Shown here in pieces: positions 28,365 through 37,511 of a DNA stretch of 64,000 nucleotides (positions are counted from its first letter, which is position 1; every line of letters begins with the position of its first letter). Made by a program: the position numbers and the translations under genes. Location: positions 64,001-128,000 of IMG/VR virus record IMGVR_UViG_3300020576_005257. One strand, given 5' to 3'. Source of the stretch: a virus. Its lineage: Duplodnaviria; Caudoviricetes. The notes below the pieces were generated by a model. The model made no database searches. It was not told where the DNA came from and saw only the letters and a program-made list of their open reading frames with translations.

Positions 28365-28561
28365 ATAATAAAGTTAGGTCTTCCTAAAAAATAGGCCTAA
28401 CTTATTCCTCTATTAATAAAACCCCATCTATCAAACATTATTACTCCCTGTAATAGATGGCAGTTTTAGACGTAATACTCATTACGTTATATTTAAACTA
28501 TTGCAACTAAACGCTTGGTTTAGTTCATTAATGGAGTATTGTATTTGCGGAGAATTGTGAA
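28365..28561 (+). ncRNA. candidate structured 5' leader of the ribonucleotide reductase gene
   Basis: 197-nt intergenic region with four stems of 7-8 bp and one competing long-range helix. Confidence 0.45.
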
Positions 28562-31500
28562 TTGAAAAAAGAAAGGAACTTTCTTGCCAACCTGAAATTA
28601 TATTCAGACTACCTAGGTTACAGAGATGACCTGAATCGTTACGAAACTTGGGATGAAGCCGTTGATGATGTAATGAATACTCATCGTAAAAAGTATTCTC
28701 ATTACCTACAAGATCTTGAACCATATTTAAAAGAAGCTACTGAAGCTTACAAAGAAAAAAGATTCTTAGCTTCTCAAAGAATGCTCCAGTTTAGAGGAGA
28801 TTCTCTTTTTAACCATGAATTTAAGGCTTATAATTGTTTAGTTTTATATTCTGATAAACCCTCTTATTTAGGCAACGCTTTTTACTTGTTGCTTTGTGGT
28901 TGTGGTGTCGGTCTGAATATGATGACACCTTTTGTTGACTTATTACCACCTATTCAAAGTAGAACTAAAGGAACTAAGACATTTAAAATTCCTGATAATA
29001 TTGAGGGGTGGGCACAAGCTGCTCATATTCTAGTAAACTCCTATTTGTCATATGGATCGTCTGACAAATTTAAAGAATATAATGGTTATGTAATTAAATT
29101 TGATTATAGTGAAATCAGGCCTAGAGGATCTAGAGTAGGTCGTAGATTTAAAGCTCCTGGACCAGATGGTTTGCAAAAGTCATTTGAGCAGATTGAAGCT
29201 TTGATGAATAGTTATGTCGAAGACTTTGAGAAACCTTTTAGTTCTCTTATTGCTTATGACATTTTTATGCATCTATCTGATGCTGTTCTTTCTGGTGGTG
29301 TAAGAAGAAGTGCTTGTTCAATCATCATCTCTCCTGAAGATCACGATCTAGTTAATGCTAAAGTAGGTAATTGGAGAGAAAAGAATCCACAAAGAGCCAG
29401 ATCTAATAACTCGGTAGGGTTGTTAAGACATAAATTTACTGAACAAGAATTTAGAGATCTAGTAGAAAAAAATGATGGTATGTCAGATTTGGGGTTTGTT
29501 TTCCTCAACAATATGTATGAGATTCTTAACCCATGTGTAATTGGAGAAACTTGGGTCAATACTTCTGAAGGTGTTAAACAAGTTTATGACTTAATTGATC
29601 GTCCTTTTAATGCTGTTGTTGATGGTAAAGAATATAGTTCTAAGGGATTTTGGCTTGTTGGAAGTAAGAAATCAATTAATCTTAAATTCAAGTCTGGAAG
29701 AGATATTACTTTAACTAATGGACATATGCTCAAACTTCAAACTGGACAGTGGATGAGGGCTGAAGATATAAGAATGGGTGAAGCAGTTTTACTAAATAAT
29801 AATAGAACTTTCACAAAGCCTGTAGATTATTCTTCTCCAGATTTTTCCAAAGGTTATTTGGTAGGTTCTGTAATTGGTGATGGAAACTTTAGTAAACTTT
29901 CAGCCGAAATTAAGTTTTGGGATAATAAATCTGAAATGCATTCTATGTGTTTAGATCATTTGTCTAATGCTGAAATGTTAAACTCAAGACACAGAGAACA
30001 TAAAGAATCTAAGCTTGCTACTTATTCTTGTTTAACCTCTAATAAAGTTTATGATCTAATGAAAGATCTTGGTTGTGTAACAGACTCTGGGGATAAGATT
30101 TTGGGTGATTCATGTCTAAAACAATCTTCAGAGTTTACAGTTGGTTTCCTTCAAGGATATTTTGATGCTGATGGTTCAGTTCAAGGTAATATAGAAAAAG
30201 GTGTATCTATTAGATTAACTAGTTCAGATATGAAGAACATGAAAAATGTTCAAGAACTATTATTAAGTTTAGGTATTGTTTCTACTATCTATAAAGATCG
30301 ACAACCTGAAGGCTATAGAACTCTTCCTGATGGTAAAGGTGGTCAAGCTCAGTATTGGTGTCGTGCGGGCCATGAGTTAGTCATTAGCAGAGATTCTATA
30401 CTTGAGTATCAAAGACTCATCAATTTCAGTAATCCAGATAAAAAGAAACATTTATCAGAGCTTTTAGATTCTTATTCTAGGTCTTTATACAAATCAAACT
30501 TTTATGATGAAGTAACTGGTATTGAAGATGCTGGTTATCAAATGGTATATGATTGTTCAGTTGAAGATGTTCATGCTTTTTCAGCTAATGGCTTAGTAGC
30601 TCATAATTGTTTTGAGATTGGCTTTACCCCATTAATTTTTGATTATTCTGATAAGAGTATTATGGAGAGGATTATGAAGTCTGATCCTACTTTGTTGACA
30701 GATGGGTCTATTAGAACAGCTATTCAATGTTGTAATCTTAACGAAGGTAATGCTCAGTTATGTAAAACTGAGAAAGATTTCTACTTGATGTGTAGAACTG
30801 CTGCCATTGTTGGAACTCTTCAAGCAGGATATACTAATTTTGCTAATATTGAAGATTGCTTAGAAGATACAATTTATGTTTCTCAAAAAGAAGCTTTACT
30901 TGGAGTATCTATTAGTGGTTGGTGTAATCAACCATGGCTCTTTAATCCAGAAGTACTTCAAAAAGGAGCTAAGATAGTATTAGATACTAACGAAGAAGTA
31001 GCTAAGATTATTGGAATTAATCCTACTGCTAGAGCAACTACTGTTAAACCTTCTGGTAATTCTTCTGTTATCTTAGGTTGTGCTTCTGGTATTCATCCAG
31101 AACACTCTGAAAAGTATTTCAGAGTTATGCAACTTAATAAAGATACTGAAGTAGGAGTTTGGGTAAATAAAAATATGCCTTTACTTCTGGAAGAAGGGGT
31201 CTATTCTTCTAATCAAACTGACTATGCTGTTTTTGTTCCTATTGAGAATGATCCAGGCACTTTATATAAAGAAGAACTTCAAGGTGTTAAGCATTTAGAA
31301 CTAATTAAGTTAGTTAAAGATAATTGGGTAAACTATGGTAAAGTAGAAGAAAGATGTATTGTTCCTACTACTTCACATAATGTTAGCAACACTGTTATTA
31401 TTGATGATAGAGAAGAAATTATCCAGTATTTAATGAAGAACCAAGATAGTTTTACTGCTGTTAGTTTTATTACTTTGTTTGGTGATAAGGACTATAATCA

Positions 31501-31924
31501 AGCACCTAATACTTCTGTCTTAACTTTTGAAGAGATCGCTAACAAATATGGTAAAGGATGTTTGTTTGCATCTGGTATTATTGTTGATGGTCTTCATTAC
31601 TTTAATCAAAACTTATGGGATGCTTGTGAACATATTTTGTATAACAAAACTCCCATTGGTACAAGAGAACAAGTTCTTTTAAAGAACTCTTGGATTGCAA
31701 GAGTTAAGAAGTTTGCCAAAAACTATTTCAAAAATGATATTAATAGAACTATTTATTGTTTAAAAGATGTGCATCTTTGTCATAAGTGGGAATCTATTAC
31801 AAGAGAAATGAAAGATGTAGATTTTACAGAAATCCTTAAAGCCCCAGTCTATCTAGAATTAGATACTATGGGTGCTCAAGCTTGCCATGGTGGTAGCTGT
31901 GAAATTGTTACATTAGGAAAATAA
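28562..31924 (+). CDS. nrdJ: class II (B12-dependent, monomeric-type) ribonucleotide reductase containing an intein
   Basis: RYETWDE, AYNC, GCGVG, GGVRRSA, NP/CFEI after splicing, TVKPSG, C-terminal CHGGSC; no NrdB in window. Confidence 0.85.
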   Translation: MKKERNFLANLKLYSDYLGYRDDLNRYETWDEAVDDVMNTHRKKYSHYLQDLEPYLKEATEAYKEKRFLASQRMLQFRGDSLFNHEFKAYNCLVLYSDKPSYLGNAFYLLLCGCGVGLNMMTPFVDLLPPIQSRTKGTKTFKIPDNIEGWAQAAHILVNSYLSYGSSDKFKEYNGYVIKFDYSEIRPRGSRVGRRFKAPGPDGLQKSFEQIEALMNSYVEDFEKPFSSLIAYDIFMHLSDAVLSGGVRRSACSIIISPEDHDLVNAKVGNWREKNPQRARSNNSVGLLRHKFTEQEFRDLVEKNDGMSDLGFVFLNNMYEILNPCVIGETWVNTSEGVKQVYDLIDRPFNAVVDGKEYSSKGFWLVGSKKSINLKFKSGRDITLTNGHMLKLQTGQWMRAEDIRMGEAVLLNNNRTFTKPVDYSSPDFSKGYLVGSVIGDGNFSKLSAEIKFWDNKSEMHSMCLDHLSNAEMLNSRHREHKESKLATYSCLTSNKVYDLMKDLGCVTDSGDKILGDSCLKQSSEFTVGFLQGYFDADGSVQGNIEKGVSIRLTSSDMKNMKNVQELLLSLGIVSTIYKDRQPEGYRTLPDGKGGQAQYWCRAGHELVISRDSILEYQRLINFSNPDKKKHLSELLDSYSRSLYKSNFYDEVTGIEDAGYQMVYDCSVEDVHAFSANGLVAHNCFEIGFTPLIFDYSDKSIMERIMKSDPTLLTDGSIRTAIQCCNLNEGNAQLCKTEKDFYLMCRTAAIVGTLQAGYTNFANIEDCLEDTIYVSQKEALLGVSISGWCNQPWLFNPEVLQKGAKIVLDTNEEVAKIIGINPTARATTVKPSGNSSVILGCASGIHPEHSEKYFRVMQLNKDTEVGVWVNKNMPLLLEEGVYSSNQTDYAVFVPIENDPGTLYKEELQGVKHLELIKLVKDNWVNYGKVEERCIVPTTSHNVSNTVIIDDREEIIQYLMKNQDSFTAVSFITLFGDKDYNQAPNTSVLTFEEIANKYGKGCLFASGIIVDGLHYFNQNLWDACEHILYNKTPIGTREQVLLKNSWIARVKKFAKNYFKNDINRTIYCLKDVHLCHKWESITREMKDVDFTEILKAPVYLELDTMGAQACHGGSCEIVTLGK
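29534..30607 (+). mobile_element. 358-aa LAGLIDADG intein at the catalytic NPCxE cysteine
   Basis: Starts CVIGETWV; block B TNGH; LVGSVIGDG and FLQGYFDADG; ends NGLVAHN followed by Cys. Confidence 0.95.
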
Positions 31925-32052
31925 AAAAATGAATTTAACAATTACAGGTAGTAATGAGATTTTTGATCTCGAAGTTTTGATAGTGGTACAATCTATTAAT
32001 GTAGATCCACCCAAGCAACCGTTTTGGAAGAATTTGATCAGGATAAATAATT

Positions 32053-32457
32053 ATGAATTATCGTGCAGAGTATGAATTAAAAGATGGTTTAACTGTACTT
32101 ATACAATATAGACAAGAAGGCCAGTTTTCAATATCTAGACAAACTCCCTATCGCTACGCAAGTCACTTGAATTTTAATGAATGTCAACAAGAAGGCTTAA
32201 CAGTAACTATTGGTGAGCTTGGTAGATGGGATCAAGAATCTAGAACCTATCTAGAGATAGATCCAGAAGTTAGTTTTGTTCCTTATCTGGAAGAATTGAT
32301 TGGTATTATTCTAGCTAATCCAGAATGGGTTGAAGCTATGGCTAAATGGAAAAAGAATGCTTTAAAAAGACTAGAATCTAGAATTCCACAATTAGAAAAT
32401 GAGTTAGAGCTAGCAAAAAGAAGAGAAACAAATTTAAAAGGATGTAACTGGTTTTAA
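32053..32457 (+). CDS. hypothetical protein
   Basis: 134-aa ORF, TAATG-coupled to the next gene. Confidence 0.6.
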   Translation: MNYRAEYELKDGLTVLIQYRQEGQFSISRQTPYRYASHLNFNECQQEGLTVTIGELGRWDQESRTYLEIDPEVSFVPYLEELIGIILANPEWVEAMAKWKKNALKRLESRIPQLENELELAKRRETNLKGCNWF

Positions 32458-33323
32458 TGAGATTAGATTCACAGATAGATAGATCAGTCAACTTTGTTGA
32501 GCAACAGATGGAAGGCTTTTTAGAGTCTAGATATGTGAGGAAGAAAGATGATTATTTTATCTGTTATTTATCTAGTCAGTCAGGTTGCAATCGTGGCTGT
32601 AGATTTTGCTGGCTTTCTGCAACTAAGCAAACTAAACTCGAAGATGCATCTCACATTGAATACTTAGAACAAGCAAGTGAAGTATTAAAACATTACAAAC
32701 AATCTGATCATCCTGCTAAAATTATTCATTATAACTTTATGGCTAGAGGAGAGGTACTGGAAAATAAGAATATTTTAAAGGATGCTGATTCTATACTATA
32801 TGATTTGGGTAAGTTAGCTATGGCTTATGATTCTAATTTATCTGTAAAATATAATATCTCTACAATTATACCTAGGACCTTTGATAAAGAGTTAACAGAA
32901 GTCTTTAAAATTATTCATCCTACCATTTACTATTCTTTATATTCAGTAAATCCTGATTTTAGAAAGAAGTGGATTCCTAATGGTTTAGATGTTGATTCTG
33001 CTTTACAAAAACTAAAAAACTATCAGTTATATAGTAAGAAAAAGATTAAGATCCACCATTGCTTTATTGAAGGCGAAAATGATAGTATTGAAGATCTAGA
33101 AAGAATCATAGATGCTATTAGTAAGTATAAACTAGACTGTGAGTTTAATTTAGTAAGATACAACCCTTATTCAGAAGAATATGGAAAGGAATCCTCAATT
33201 GAAGTAATCCAAAGAAACATGGATTACATTTCAAATATGTGGCCCTCCTTCCAGAATAAAACACAAGTTATTGAAAGAGTAGGAACTGATGTTTATGCAT
33301 CATGTGGGACATTTGTACAATGA
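32457..33323 (+). CDS. RlmN/Cfr-family radical SAM protein
   Basis: LSSQSGCNRGCRFC, MARGE (cf. MGMGEP), NLVRYNP, terminal ASCG. Confidence 0.85.
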   Translation: MRLDSQIDRSVNFVEQQMEGFLESRYVRKKDDYFICYLSSQSGCNRGCRFCWLSATKQTKLEDASHIEYLEQASEVLKHYKQSDHPAKIIHYNFMARGEVLENKNILKDADSILYDLGKLAMAYDSNLSVKYNISTIIPRTFDKELTEVFKIIHPTIYYSLYSVNPDFRKKWIPNGLDVDSALQKLKNYQLYSKKKIKIHHCFIEGENDSIEDLERIIDAISKYKLDCEFNLVRYNPYSEEYGKESSIEVIQRNMDYISNMWPSFQNKTQVIERVGTDVYASCGTFVQ

Positions 33324-33434
33324 GACAAAGAAAACAAATTATTAATAAAGAACAACATTATTGGAATGTTAAGAACTCTAAAAAGAAACAAAATTCTAAG
33401 CAGGAATCTAAACCACAAAAAGAAGAAAAACAAG

Positions 33435-33671
33435 ATGACTGAACTCTATAAAGCTTTAGATAAATTTTCTGAGACAATTAGTAGCCTTGCTGGGAGTATT
33501 GTCATACTATCGTCAGCATCCAAAACTAATTCTAAAACCATTGTGCAGCTAGAAAAAAGAATTAGAGAACTAGAAGAACGATTACACTATTTTGAAAAAA
33601 TGATTACTATTCCGAGACAAGCACCACTATTTAATCATGGTACTACCATACCAGATTATCCATCAGAATAA
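33435..33671 (+). CDS. small coiled-coil protein (start moved to ATG 33435; a 40-aa basic ORF at 33320..33442 precedes it)
   Basis: LEKRIRELEERL; the upstream extension in the ORF track overlaps the coupled 40-aa ORF. Confidence 0.5.
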   Translation: MTELYKALDKFSETISSLAGSIVILSSASKTNSKTIVQLEKRIRELEERLHYFEKMITIPRQAPLFNHGTTIPDYPSE

Positions 33672-34245
33672 TTTTGTAGCTATTAAAATAAATCCAGTAG
33701 CTTATGAAATAAAAATATTTAGAAAAAAGCTTTCTAAATTATCTAATTTTGCTATAAATAGTAATTACTATTGGAACAATAATCCAATTGGTCTGTTAAA
33801 AGATTATACTCTTTTTCCTTATATTGACAAATATAGTAATATACGTCCTGTCTTTCTTATAACTGAAAAAGGAGTGCCTTCTTTAAAGGTACTTTCAAAT
33901 GCATCTATGTTGTCTGATTATAGTTTAGCTAGTCAGGCAGGACCTTGGTTAATTAATGCTGGTAAAATTGTTTATCCACTTTCTTTAAAAGAAGGACACT
34001 TTCAATTAGATGTTAGTAGAGTAACCAAGCATACTGCTCTTGGTATTACTGAATTTGGGAAAATTATACTTTACTATAACAGCAACACTAGTTTAAGTAA
34101 TATGGCTTTTGATTTACAAAAATTAGGTTGCACTTATGCTATGAATATGGATGGTGGAAGTTCTAGTAGCTTAAAAGTTAACTCTAAACAGTTTGGAAAT
34201 CCTTATCCTCATTATGGTATTGAATTTTTTGTAAAAAAGAAATGA
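33637..34245 (+). CDS. phosphodiester glycosidase (NAGPA/DUF2233) family protein
   Basis: QAGPWLI, TALGIT, AMNMDGGSSS. Confidence 0.8.
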   Translation: MVLPYQIIHQNNFVAIKINPVAYEIKIFRKKLSKLSNFAINSNYYWNNNPIGLLKDYTLFPYIDKYSNIRPVFLITEKGVPSLKVLSNASMLSDYSLASQAGPWLINAGKIVYPLSLKEGHFQLDVSRVTKHTALGITEFGKIILYYNSNTSLSNMAFDLQKLGCTYAMNMDGGSSSSLKVNSKQFGNPYPHYGIEFFVKKK

Positions 34246-34338
34246 TTACAAAGCTTTACAATAAAAAACATTAATTGATTGAGCACTTTTAGTGGTTTCA
34301 ATCGTCTTTATTTATAGGAGGTCTTTGACCACACTATT

Positions 34339-34635
34339 ATGCAATGCAATGAAAATAATCGAGATGGAGTTGAGTACTACGCGAGAGTAAGGTACACAAA
34401 TACCATTGTTGAAGAATGTGAAGTTCTGGTGCCTGTTTCTAATCTTACAGGGTATATGGCACATGAGGTACTAGAAGCCTGTGAAAGGGCAGCAGAGAAC
34501 CACAAAGCCGTAATAATTGAAAGCCCTAGTGACTTTAAATTACAGTCTACGAAAATTACTCAAAAAGTAGCTGGTTTTATGCCAGTTAACTCGAATGGGG
34601 AAGTTTTATCCGAAGACTACTATGAAGTAAGTTGA
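34339..34635 (+). CDS. hypothetical protein
   Basis: ORF with AGGAGG upstream. Confidence 0.6.
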   Translation: MQCNENNRDGVEYYARVRYTNTIVEECEVLVPVSNLTGYMAHEVLEACERAAENHKAVIIESPSDFKLQSTKITQKVAGFMPVNSNGEVLSEDYYEVS

Positions 34636-34961
34636 TTAAACCTTTACTAGGATTACACTTTACTGCTGATGTACATAGTTACATCAGCAGTACTTCTTTT
34701 ACTCACAATTGGTCTGTTGAGGCAACAATAAACAGAATCAAGTCAGAAAATCCCGATACATTATTTCTTGCAACCTATTTTAAATCTAATGGTAAGTTTA
34801 TGGTTTACCATTCTAAAAAACCTGAATTTGAGGGAATGTACGCTTTAACTAAACTTGGAATACCTATGATGGTAGAACCAATTAAATGTGATAGTGTTTC
34901 ACCCACTTTTCATTATGATGATCTTGTAGATCGTTATATTTATTTGGTGTCTTATGTTTGA
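34632..34961 (+). CDS. hypothetical protein
   Basis: Overlap-coupled ORF. Confidence 0.55.
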   Translation: MIKPLLGLHFTADVHSYISSTSFTHNWSVEATINRIKSENPDTLFLATYFKSNGKFMVYHSKKPEFEGMYALTKLGIPMMVEPIKCDSVSPTFHYDDLVDRYIYLVSYV

Positions 34962-35250
34962 AATAATTGAATTAGTCGGTAATAAATTGAAGAATGTTTT
35001 TTTTTCTCTGTTAGGAATTAAGCCTGTTAAAGAGATCGTAGTAGAAGTAGTTGAATGTATTGCTGAAACAGTAGTTGAAGTCTCTAATATTGTCTTAGCC
35101 AGTATTTTATTTATAAAGGAATCTATTAAAGATTTCAAGACTGGGAATATTGGAGAGTTGTGTGATTATTACTCTTATTGTGTACAAGAATCTTGTCCAG
35201 CTCTTTCTCAGTCATTATTTAGATTTAACTTATATAGAGTTGCCGTGTAA
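34954..35250 (+). CDS. hypothetical protein
   Basis: Last + strand ORF before the convergence. Confidence 0.55.
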   Translation: MFEIIELVGNKLKNVFFSLLGIKPVKEIVVEVVECIAETVVEVSNIVLASILFIKESIKDFKTGNIGELCDYYSYCVQESCPALSQSLFRFNLYRVAV

Positions 35251-35254
35251 ATAA

Positions 35255-35286
35255 ATATAGATGGCCCTATTTAGAACCATCTATAT
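35255..35286. terminator. inverted repeat at the convergence of the two arms (probable bidirectional terminator)
   Basis: ATATAGATGG-N12-CCATCTATAT. Confidence 0.6.
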
Positions 35287-35307
35287 CGTAAGCTACAAGT
35301 ATTTAAC

Positions 35308-35676
35308 TTAGCTTGTCTCTAGAGAGAGTGACAAATCACAAGTTACTCCTCGTACATTGTTCACTCTAACTTTCCAAGGCTTTACAAAGCTACTCAACTT
35401 ACCGCTGCCCAAGTCTTGTTCTAAGACTGTTAAATCAGTACCATCAAGGACTAATTTAACTTTACCCCGAAATTCTCCATTGGAGACCGATACATAGACC
35501 GACATGTCAAACGGGCCAGGAATCTTTTGTACTTTCTGCAAGCTAAGACCATTTGTCTTAGACAAGGTATAAGTCTCATTCAATTCTGTTTTTACAGTTC
35601 GATTCCAACTAAACGGACCGATGCGATCTCTGAACTTAACAGAAACTGGTCCCACTACTTTAACCTTAATAACCAT
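35308..35676 (-). CDS. hypothetical beta-rich protein
   Basis: AAGGGAG ribosome-binding site; 122 aa. Confidence 0.65.
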   Translation of the reverse strand: MVIKVKVVGPVSVKFRDRIGPFSWNRTVKTELNETYTLSKTNGLSLQKVQKIPGPFDMSVYVSVSNGEFRGKVKLVLDGTDLTVLEQDLGSGKLSSFVKPWKVRVNNVRGVTCDLSLSLETS

Positions 35677-35693
35677 GTTTGTATCTCCCTTAT

Positions 35694-36299
35694 TTAAATA
35701 GAGGTGTCTGGACGAAGAAACGCAGATAATTTAGATTTTAGATTTCTGGAAATTTTTACTCCTTTCTCTCCGTTTAATATTTTCTCTACAACAACTTGAT
35801 CTTCTTCACTTAAAGTCGTAAGAAATATATTTAAATACGTATCTTCATGTATGGTCGTTGATTGCTGGAGAGTATCATAGTCTGTATGAATTGTGGGGGT
35901 TGCTTCTTTTGTTGCAGTTGTGATCTCTTCTTTAAAGCAATATAAGATTGTTGATGCTAAATTCTTTTCACATTTATTTATGGCCTCTAACACTGCCACT
36001 TGTCCCAATAAAAATAACTTATCTTTTAAATGCTTTTTATCAGGATGTGATAATTTTAGTTTTAACCTCATTCCTGCACTTTGTATAGATTCATCTTTAG
36101 TAGCAAATAAACGTACAAAAGTCTTCTGGTGTGGGGTAAAGGGTTTCCCATTAAGGCAAACGTTCACAAGGGCCGCTACGAGGCTCTGAAACATGTACAA
36201 TAACCTATTACGAGCAACCATGTCCCCTGCCTTGGCCTTTTCCAGTAGATCTGGAATAGTCAAGGGGTCAAATCTTTCTGTTCGTGGATTTTTCCTCAT
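35694..36299 (-). CDS. divergent sigma70-family-like factor
   Basis: Region 1.2-like LLEKAKAGDMVARNRLL; region 2-like LFLLGQVAVLEAINK; region 4 start LTTLSEEDQVVVE with a shortened HTH. Confidence 0.6.
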   Translation of the reverse strand: MRKNPRTERFDPLTIPDLLEKAKAGDMVARNRLLYMFQSLVAALVNVCLNGKPFTPHQKTFVRLFATKDESIQSAGMRLKLKLSHPDKKHLKDKLFLLGQVAVLEAINKCEKNLASTILYCFKEEITTATKEATPTIHTDYDTLQQSTTIHEDTYLNIFLTTLSEEDQVVVEKILNGEKGVKISRNLKSKLSAFLRPDTSI

Positions 36300-37495
36300 T
36301 ATTTTCTTCTAGTAAATCTCTTTTTCTGAGTCCCCCTTCTTGGGAATTGGTCTTTAGTTTCTCGTTTATGTTCTCGATACAGATTTCTGTTTTCTGTTCT
36401 ATCTTCCTCAGTGAAAGTTGGTTTGATATGAAATGAGGATTCTACACTGTAAGGAACCAATATTCTTACTTCATTATTAATAAGTCTTCTAAGCTCTGGT
36501 ACAACTTTCTTACCATTCAAAATAGCATCAACTGACTCATTAACATTATGATGAACTGCTACTTCATCAAATGCGTTAATTTCTACAACACAATCAAAGG
36601 GTGGTTGAAACTCCCGTTCTAATGCAGTTTTCTGGCATCCCCGTGCTCTCGCAGTATCATCACTCAAAGTGACTTTATTAATACCACCCACCATAGATGC
36701 AAGAGATTTGTTCTGAATTAAATCATTCAATGTGTGACCATGTACTGTAGCAAGTATTTGAACACCCCGTTGAGCAATAGTTTGAGCAGCCAGACCCTCT
36801 TCTGATGTAGATACTTCGTCAATAATGATTGTATGTGGGTTATGGTTCTCTACAGCTTCAATCATTACATCATGCTGAGCTTTGGTTTTAGGAACCTGTA
36901 GCCTTCTGCTTCGACCGACAGCCCTATGAGGGACGTTACCCTCACCAGCAATTTCGTTGCTGGTGTCAACGATTACTACTCTTTTCAATAATTCTGAGGA
37001 TAGAATGTTAGAAGCCTCTCTTAAAATCGAAGTTTTTCCTCGGCCTGGAGGTCCGATTAGTAAGATGTTTTTCTTATCTTCTAAAAGATCTGCAATCAGA
37101 ATAGCATTACCCACATAAGGTTTACCAATTCTAATAGTCATACCAACTATGTCTAAATTCTTGTTTTGAATAACGCTGATACGATGTAAGGTTTCATTTA
37201 AGCCACACCTATTATCAACTCCTGGTTCACTCATTTCATTTAAAATTTCTTCAATTAAATATTCTGTTCCAATAGTTTTTAGTTCTATGAAACTATCATC
37301 TGAAAATCTTAATTCAACAGGTCGTTGTAAATCTACTACAATCTCAATAAGGTTGTCAGGATCTACAATGTAGTCAGTAATGGAAGAGGGAAGGCTGTGC
37401 AGTAAGACGTTGAAATCATTCGTCACTGCGTTTAACTTAGAAGTCATCATGGATAATCCTTGAAAGACGCAGATGATCTTTCGATCACCTTTCAT
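36299..37495 (-). CDS. Ycf45/SpoIIIAA-like P-loop ATPase, no R3H domain evident
   Basis: EIVVDLQRP, DNRCGLNETLHRIS, GPPGRGKT, VDTSNEIAGEG, QHDVMIEAVENH, IIIDE, ATVHG. Confidence 0.88.
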   Translation of the reverse strand: MKGDRKIICVFQGLSMMTSKLNAVTNDFNVLLHSLPSSITDYIVDPDNLIEIVVDLQRPVELRFSDDSFIELKTIGTEYLIEEILNEMSEPGVDNRCGLNETLHRISVIQNKNLDIVGMTIRIGKPYVGNAILIADLLEDKKNILLIGPPGRGKTSILREASNILSSELLKRVVIVDTSNEIAGEGNVPHRAVGRSRRLQVPKTKAQHDVMIEAVENHNPHTIIIDEVSTSEEGLAAQTIAQRGVQILATVHGHTLNDLIQNKSLASMVGGINKVTLSDDTARARGCQKTALEREFQPPFDCVVEINAFDEVAVHHNVNESVDAILNGKKVVPELRRLINNEVRILVPYSVESSFHIKPTFTEEDRTENRNLYREHKRETKDQFPRRGTQKKRFTRRK

Positions 37496-37511
37496 AGATA
37501 ATAGGGAGGTT

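Noticed and set aside
28365-28561. tRNA or canonical cobalamin riboswitch in the RNR leader
   Set aside because: No T-loop GTTCRA or cloverleaf and no recognisable B12-box consensus; kept only as an unclassified structured leader
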